A stretch of DNA of 64,000 nucleotides from Eledone cirrhosa (Eukaryota). Shown piece by piece: positions 55,201 through 64,000 of this stretch; positions within the stretch are counted from its first letter, which is position 1, and each line of letters opens with the position of its first letter. The DNA lies in contig OZ024742.1 of assembly GCA_964016885.1 (NCBI GenBank), forward strand, positions 365,614,001-365,678,000, written 5' to 3'. A program made the position numbers and the translations under genes. The notes beneath the pieces were generated by a model. The model saw only the letters and a list, made by a program, of their open reading frames with translations, had not been told where the DNA came from and ran no database searches.

Positions 55201-58200
55201 TATTCCATATATTGTTGTCAGAAAACTATATTCCATATATTGTCAGAAAACTATATTCCATATATTGTCAGAAAACTATATTCCATATATTGTTATCAGA
55301 AAACTATATTCCATATATTGTCAGAAAACTATATTCCATATATTGTTGTCAGAAAACTATATTTCATATAGTGTCAGAAAACTATATTCCATATATTGTC
55401 AGAAAACTATATTCCATATATTGTTGTCAGAAAACTATATTCCATATATTGTTGTCAGAAAACTATATTCCATAGATTGTCAGAAAACTATATTCCATAT
55501 ATTGTCAGAAAACTATATTCCATATATTGTTGTCAGTAAACTATATTCCATATATTGTCAGAAAACTATTTTCCATATATTGTTGTCAGAAAACTATATT
55601 CCATATATTGTCAGAAAACTATATTCCATATATTGTTGTCAGAAAACTATATTCCATATATTGTTGTCAGAAAAATATATTCCATATATTGTTGTCAGAA
55701 AACTATATTCCATATATTGTCAGAAAACTATATTCCATATATTGTTGTCAGTAAACTATATTCCATATATTGTCAGAAAACTATATTCCATATATTGTTG
55801 TCAGAAAACTATATTCCATATATTGTCAGAAAACTATATTCCATATATTGTTGTGAGAAAACTATATTCCATATATTGTCAGAAAACTATATTCCATATA
55901 TTGTCAGGAAACTGTATTCCATATATTGTTGTCTGAAAACTATATTCCATATATTGTCAGACAACTATATTCCATATATTGTTGTCAGTAAACTATATTC
56001 CATATATTGTTGTCAGTAAACTATATTCCATATATTGTCAGAAAACTATATTCCATATATTGTTGTCAGAAAACTATATTCCATATATTGTCAGAAAACT
56101 ATATTCCATATATTGTTGTCAGAAAACTATATTCCATATATTGTTGTCAGAAAACTATATTCCATATATTGTTGTCAGTAAACTATATTCCATATATTGT
56201 CAGAAAACTATATTCCATATATTGTTGTCAGAAAACTATATGCCATATATTGTCAGAAAACTATGTTCCATATATTGTCAGAAAAATATATTCCATATAT
56301 TGTTATCAGAAAACTATATTCCATATATTGTCAGAAAACTATATTCCATATATTGTTGTCAGAAAACTATATTCCATATATTGTCAGAAAACTATATTCC
56401 ATATATTGTTGTCAGAAAACTATATTTCATATATTGTCAGAAAACTATATTCCATATATTGTCAGAAAACTATATTCCATATATTGTTGTCAGTAAACTA
56501 TATTCCATATATTGTCAGAAAACTATATTCCATATATTGTTGTCAGAAAACTATATTCCATATATTGTCAGAAAACTATATTCCATATATTGTTGTGAGA
56601 AAACTATATTCCATATATTGTCAGAAAACTATATTCCATATATTGTCAGGAAACTGTATTCCATATATTGTTGTCTGAAAACTATATTCCATATATTGTC
56701 AGACAAATATATTCCATATATTGTTGTCAGTAAACTATATTCCATATATTGTTGTCAGTAAACTATATTCCATATATTGTCAGAAAACTATATTCCATAT
56801 ATTGTTGTCAGAAAACTATATTCCATATATTGTCAGAAAACTATATTCCATATATTGTTGTCAGAAAACTATATTCCATATATTGTCAGAAAACTATATT
56901 CCATATATTGTTGTCAGAAAACTATATTCCATATATTGTTGTCAGAAAAGTATATTCCATATATTGTTGTCAGTAAACTATATTCCATATATTGTTGTCA
57001 GTAAACTATATTCCATATATTGTCAGAAAACTTTATTCCATATATTGTTGTCAGAAAACTATATGCCATATATTGTTGTCAGTAAACTATATTCCATATA
57101 TTGTCAGAAAACTATATTCCATATATTGTTGTCAGAAAACTATATTCCATATATTGTCAGAAAACTATATTCCATATATTGTTGTGAGAAAACTATATTC
57201 CATATATTGTCAGAAAACTATATTCCATATATTGTCAGGAAACTGTATTCCATATATTGTTGTCTGAAAACTATATTCCATATATTGTCAGACAACTATA
57301 TTCCATATATTGTTGTCAGTAAACTATATTCCATATATTGTTGTCAGTAAACTATATTCCATATATTGTCAGAAAACTATATTCCATATATTGTTGTCAG
57401 AAAACTATATTCCATATATTGTCAGAAAACTATATTCCATATATTGTTGTCAGAAAACTATATTCCATATATTGTCAGAAAACTATATTCCATATATTGT
57501 TGTTAGAAAACTATATTCCATATATTGTTGTCAGAAAAGTATATTCCATATATTGTTGTCAGTAAACTATATTCCATATATTGTTGTCAGTAAACTATAT
57601 TCCATATATTGTCAGAAAACTATATTCCATATATTGTTGTCAGAAAACTATATGCCATATATTGTTGTCAGTAAACTATATTCCATATATTGTCAGAAAA
57701 CTATATTCCATATATTGTTGTCAGAAAACTATATTCCATATATTGTCAGAAAACTATATTCCATATATTGTTGTCAGAAAACTATATTCCATATATTGTT
57801 GTCAGAAAACTATATTCCATATATTGTTGTCAGTAAACTATATTCCATATATTGTCAGAAAACTATATTCCATATATTGTTGTCAGAAAACTATATGCCA
57901 TATATTGTCAGAAAACTATGTTCCATATATTGTCAGAAAAATATATTCCATATATTGTTATCAGAAAACTATATTCCATATATTGTCAGAAAACTATATT
58001 CCATATATTGTCAGAAAACTATATTCCATATATTGTCAGAAAACTATATTCCATATATTGTTATCAGAAAACTATATTCCATATATTGTCAGAAAACTAT
58101 ATTCCATATATTGTTGTCAGAAAACTATATTTCATATAGTGTCAGAAAACTATATTCCATATATTGTCAGAAAACTATATTCCATATATTGTTGTCAGAA

Positions 58201-61200
58201 AACTATATTCCATATATTGTTGTCAGAAAACTATATTCCATATATTGTCAGAAAACTATATTCCATATATTGTTGTCAGTAAACTATATTCCATATATTG
58301 TCAGAAAACTATATTCCATATATTGTTGTCAGAAAACTATATTCCATATATTGTCAGAAAACTATATTCCATATATTGTTGTCAGAAAACTATATTCCAT
58401 ATATTGTTGTCAGAAAAATATATTCCATATATTGTCAGAAAACTATATTCCATATATTGTTGTCAGAAAACTATATTCCATATATTGTCAGAAAACTATA
58501 TTCCATATATTGTTGTCAGAAAACTATATTCCATATATTGTTGTCAGAAAACTATATTCCATATATTGTTGTCAGTAAACTATATTCCATATATTGTTGT
58601 CAGTAAACTATATTCCATATATTGTCAGAAAACTATATTCCATATATTGTTGTCAGAAAACTATATGCCATATATTGTTGTCAGTAAACTATATTCCATA
58701 TATTGTCAGAAAACTATATTCCATATATTGTTGTCAGAAAACTATATTCCATATATTGTCAGAAAACTATATTCCATATATTGTTGTCAGAAAACTATAT
58801 TCCATATATTGTCAGAAAACTATATTCCATATATTGTTGTCAGAAAACTATATTCCATATATTGTTGTCAGAAAACTATATTCCATATATTGTTGTCAGT
58901 AAACTATATTCCATATATTGTTGTCAGTAAACTATATTCCATATATTGTCAGAAAACTATATTCCATATATTGTTGTCAGAAAACTATATTCCATATATT
59001 GTCAGAAAACTATATTCCATATATTGTTGTCAGAAAACTATATTCCATATATTGTTGTCAGAAAACTATATTCCATATATTGTTGTCAGTAAACTATATT
59101 CCATATATTGTCAGAAAACTATATTCCATATATTGTTGTCAGAAAACTATATTCCATATATTGTCAGAAAACTATATTCCATATATTGTCAGAAAAATAT
59201 ATTCCATATATTGTTATCAGAAAACTATATTCCATATATTGTCAGAAAACTATATTCCATATATTGTCAGAAAACTATATTCCATATATTGTCAGAAAAC
59301 TATATTCCATATATTGTTATCAGAAAACTATATTCCATATATTGTCAGAAAACTATATTCCATATATTGTTGTCAGAAAACTATATTTCATATAGTGTCA
59401 GAAAACTATATTCCATATATTGTCAGAAAACTATATTCCATATATTGTTGTCAAAAAACTATATTCCATATATTGTTGTCAGAAAACTATATTCCATATA
59501 TTGTCAGAAAACTATTTTCCATATATTGTCAGAAAACTATATTCCATATATTGTCAGAAAACTATATTCCATATATTGTTGTCAGAAAAATATATTCCAT
59601 ATGTTGTCAGAAAACTATATTCCATATATTGTTGTCAGTAAACTATATTCCATATATTGTTGTCAGAAAACTATATTCCATATATTGTTGTCAGAAAACT
59701 ATATTCCATATATTGTCAGAAAACTGTATTCCATATAATGTTGTCAGAAAACTATATTCCATATATTGTCAGACAACTATATTCCATATATTGTTGTCAG
59801 TAAACTATATTCCATATATTGTTGTCAGAAAACTATATTCCATATATTGTTGTCAGAAAACTATATTCCATATATTGTCAGAAAAATATATTCTATATAT
59901 TGTCAGAAAACTATATTCCATATATTGTCAGAAAACTATATTCCATATATTGTTGTCAGTAAACTATATTCCATATATTGTTGTCAGAAAACTATATTCC
60001 ATATATTGTTGTCAGTAAACTATATTCCATATATTGTCAGAAAACTATATTCCATATATTGTTGTCAGTAAACTATATTCCATATATTGTTGTCAGAAAA
60101 CTATATTCCATATATTGTTGTCAGAAAACTATATTCCATATATTGTCAGAAAACTGTATTCCATATAATGTTGTCAGAAAACTATATTCCATATATTGTC
60201 AGACAACTATATTCCATATATTGTTGTCAGTAAACTATATTCCATATATTGTTGTCAGAAAAGTATATTCCATATATTGTTGTCAGAAAACTATATTCCA
60301 TATATTGTCAGAAAAATATATTCTATATATTGTCAGAAAACTATATTCCATATATTGTTGTCAGTAAACTATATTCCATATATTGTTGTCAGAAAACTAT
60401 ATTCCATATATTGTTGTCAGTAAACTATATTCCATATATTGTTGTCAGAAAACTATATTCCATATATTGTCAGAAAACTGTATTCCATATAATGTTGTCA
60501 GAAAACTATATTACATATATTGTCAGAAAACTATATTCCATATATTGTTGTCAGTAAACTATATTCCATATATTGTTGTCAGAAAACTATATTCCATATA
60601 TTGTTGTTAGAAAACTATATTCCATATATTATCAGAAAAATATATTCTATATATTGTCAGAAAACTATATTCCATATATTGTCAGAAAACTATATTCCAT
60701 ATATTGTTGTCAGTAAACTATATTCCATATATTGTTGTCAGAAAACTATATTCCATATATTGTTGTCAGAAAACTATATTCCATATATTGTTGTCAGTAA
60801 ACTATATTCCATATATTGTCAGAAAACTATATTCCACATATTGTTGTCAGTAAACTATATTCCATATATTGTCAGAAAACTATATTCCATATATTGTTGT
60901 CAGAAAACTATATTTCGTATAGTGTCAGAAAACTATATTCCATATATTGTCAGAAAACTATATTCCATATATTGTTGTCAGAAAACTATATTCCATATAT
61001 TGTTGTCAGAAAACTATATTCCATATATTGTCAGAAAACTATATTCCATATATTGTCAGAAAACTATATTCCATATATTGTTATCAGAAAACTATATTCC
61101 ATATATTGTCAGAAAACTATATTCCATATATTGTTGTCAGAAAACTATATTTCATATAGTGTCAGAAAACTATATTCCATATATTGTCAGAAAACTATAT

Positions 61201-64000
61201 TCCATATATTGTTGTCAGAAAACTATATTCCATATATTGTTGTCAGAAAACTATATTCCATAGATTGTCAGAAAACTATATTCCATATATTGTCAGAAAA
61301 CTATATTCCATATATTGTTGTCAGTAAACTATATTCCATATATTGTCAGAAAACTATTTTCCATATATTGTTGTCAGAAAACTATATTCCATATATTGTC
61401 AGAAAACTATATTCCATATATTGTTGTCAGAAAACTATATTCCATATATTGTTGTCAGAAAAATATATTCCATATATTGTTGTCAGAAAACTATATTCCA
61501 TATATTGTCAGAAAACTATATTCCATATATTGTTGTCAGTAAACTATATTCCATATATTGTCAGAAAACTATATTCCATATATTGTTGTCAGAAAACTAT
61601 ATTCCATATATTGTCAGAAAACTATATTCCATATATTGTCAGAAAACTATATTCCATATATTGTTGTCAGAAAACTATATTCCATATATTGTCAGAAAAC
61701 TATATTCCATATATTGTTGTCAGAAAACTATATTTCATATATTGTCAGAAAACTATATTCCATATATTGTCAGAAAACTATATTCCATATATTGTTGTCA
61801 GTAAACTATATTCCATATATTGTCAGAAAACTATATTCCATATATTGTTGTCAGAAAACTATATTCCATATATTGTCAGAAAACTATATTCCATATATTG
61901 TTGTGAGAAAACTATATTCCATATATTGTCAGAAAACTATATTCCATATATTGTCAGGAAACTGTATTCCATATATTGTTGTCTGAAAACTATATTCCAT
62001 ATATTGTCAGACAACTATATTCCATATATTGTTGTCAGTAAACTATATTCCATATATTGTTGTCAGTAAACTATATTCCATATATTGTCAGAAAACTATA
62101 TTCCATATATTGTTGTCAGAAAACTATATTCCATATATTGTCAGAAAACTATATTCCATATATTGTTGTCAGAAAACTATATTCCATATATTGTTGTCAG
62201 AAAACTATATTCCATATATTGTTGTCAGTAAACTATATTCCATATATTGTCAGAAAACTATATTCCATATATTGTTGTCAGAAAACTATATGCCATATAT
62301 TGTCAGAAAACTATGTTCCATATATTGTCAGAAAAATATATTCCATATATTGTTATCAGAAAACTATATTCCATATATTGTCAGAAAACTATATTCCATA
62401 TATTGTCAGAAAACTATATTCCATATATTGTCAGAAAACTATATTCCATATATTGTTATCAGAAAACTATATTCCATATATTGTCAGAAAACTATATTCC
62501 ATATATTGTTGTCAGAAAACTATATTTCATATAGTGTCAGAAAACTATATTCCATATATTGTCAGAAAACTATATTCCATATATTGTTGTCAGAAAACTA
62601 TATTCCATATATTGTTGTCAGAAAACTATATTCCATATATTGTCAGAAAACTATATTCCATATATTGTTGTCAGTAAACTATATTCCATATATTGTCAGA
62701 AAACTATATTCCATATATTGTTGTCAGAAAACTATATTCCATATATTGTCAGAAAACTATATTCCATATATTGTTGTCAGAAAACTATATTCCATATATT
62801 GTTGTCAGAAAAATATATTCCATATATTGTCAGAAAACTATATTCCATATATTGTTGTCAGAAAACTATATTCCATATATTGTCAGAAAACTATATTCCA
62901 TATATTGTTGTCAGAAAACTATATTCCATATATTGTTGTCAGAAAACTATATTCCATATATTGTTGTCAGTAAACTATATTCCATATATTGTTGTCAGTA
63001 AACTATATTCCATATATTGTCAGAAAACTATATTCCATATATTGTTGTCAGAAAACTATATGCCATATATTGTTGTCAGTAAACTATATTCCATATATTG
63101 TCAGAAAACTATATTCCATATATTGTTGTCAGAAAACTATATTCCATATATTGTCAGAAAACTATATTCCATATATTGTTGTCAGAAAACTATATTCCAT
63201 ATATTGTCAGAAAACTATATTCCATATATTGTTGTCAGAAAACTATATTCCATATATTGTTGTCAGAAAACTATATTCCATATATTGTTGTCAGTAAACT
63301 ATATTCCATATATTGTTGTCAGTAAACTATATTCCATATATTGTCAGAAAACTATATTCCATATATTGTTGTCAGAAAACTATATTCCATATATTGTCAG
63401 AAAACTATATTCCATATATTGTTGTCAGAAAACTATATTCCATATATTGTTGTCAGAAAACTATATTCCATATATTGTTGTCAGTAAACTATATTCCATA
63501 TATTGTCAGAAAACTATATTCCATATATTGTTGTCAGAAAACTATATTCCATATATTGTCAGAAAACTATATTCCATATATTGTCAGAAAAATATATTCC
63601 ATATATTGTTATCAGAAAACTATATTCCATATATTGTCAGAAAACTATATTCCATATATTGTCAGAAAACTATATTCCATATATTGTCAGAAAACTATAT
63701 TCCATATATTGTTATCAGAAAACTATATTCCATATATTGTCAGAAAACTATATTCCATATATTGTTGTCAGAAAACTATATTTCATATAGTGTCAGAAAA
63801 CTCTATTCCATATATTGTCAGAAAACTATATTCCATATATTGTTGTCAAAAAACTATATTCCATATATTGTTGTCAGAAAACTATATTCCATATATTGTC
63901 AGAAAACTATTTTCCATATATTGTCAGAAAACTATATTCCATATATTGTCAGAAAACTATATTCCATATATTGTTGTCAGAAAAATATATTCCATATATT
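34290..64000. repeat. Satellite array (>29.7 kb) of mixed 25-bp and 28-bp monomers
   Basis: TATATTGTCAGAAAACTATATTCCA and TATATTGTTGTCAGAAAACTATATTCCA, all head-to-tail, with no visible interruption; continues past the window end. Confidence 0.99.

Noticed and set aside
34299-63790. Hundreds of SENYIPYIV/KLYSIYC ORFs
   Set aside because: These are translations of the satellite in all three frames, not genes.

Overview
Gene-free, repeat-saturated animal DNA. The SINE types and microsatellite density suggest an octopus or other cephalopod (inference, not verified). Bases 1-34 kb are a dense nest of Penelope-like retroelements (PLEs; RT plus C-terminal GIY-YIG endonuclease) from at least six families, nearly all inserted in (TA)n tracts. 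One copy has an uninterrupted 1133-aa ORF. Their 3' pseudo-LTRs (pLTRs) carry readable type-I hammerhead ribozymes, including U3-A8 core variants, extra-nucleotide variants and variants with a large stem-II insert. Many insertions are foldbacks in which one arm has a 55-135 nt tail that the other arm lacks, and several are ORF-less mini-foldbacks. Also present are RTE LINE remnants, tRNA-derived SINEs (one with its tRNA head amplified into a 15 x 81 bp array), a non-autonomous Helitron and a mariner-type MITE. From about 34.29 kb to the window end lies a 25/28-bp AT-rich satellite with kb-scale higher-order duplications. No host protein-coding gene, rRNA, true tRNA or CRISPR array is supported. 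Element boundaries were read by eye and may be off by a few bases.
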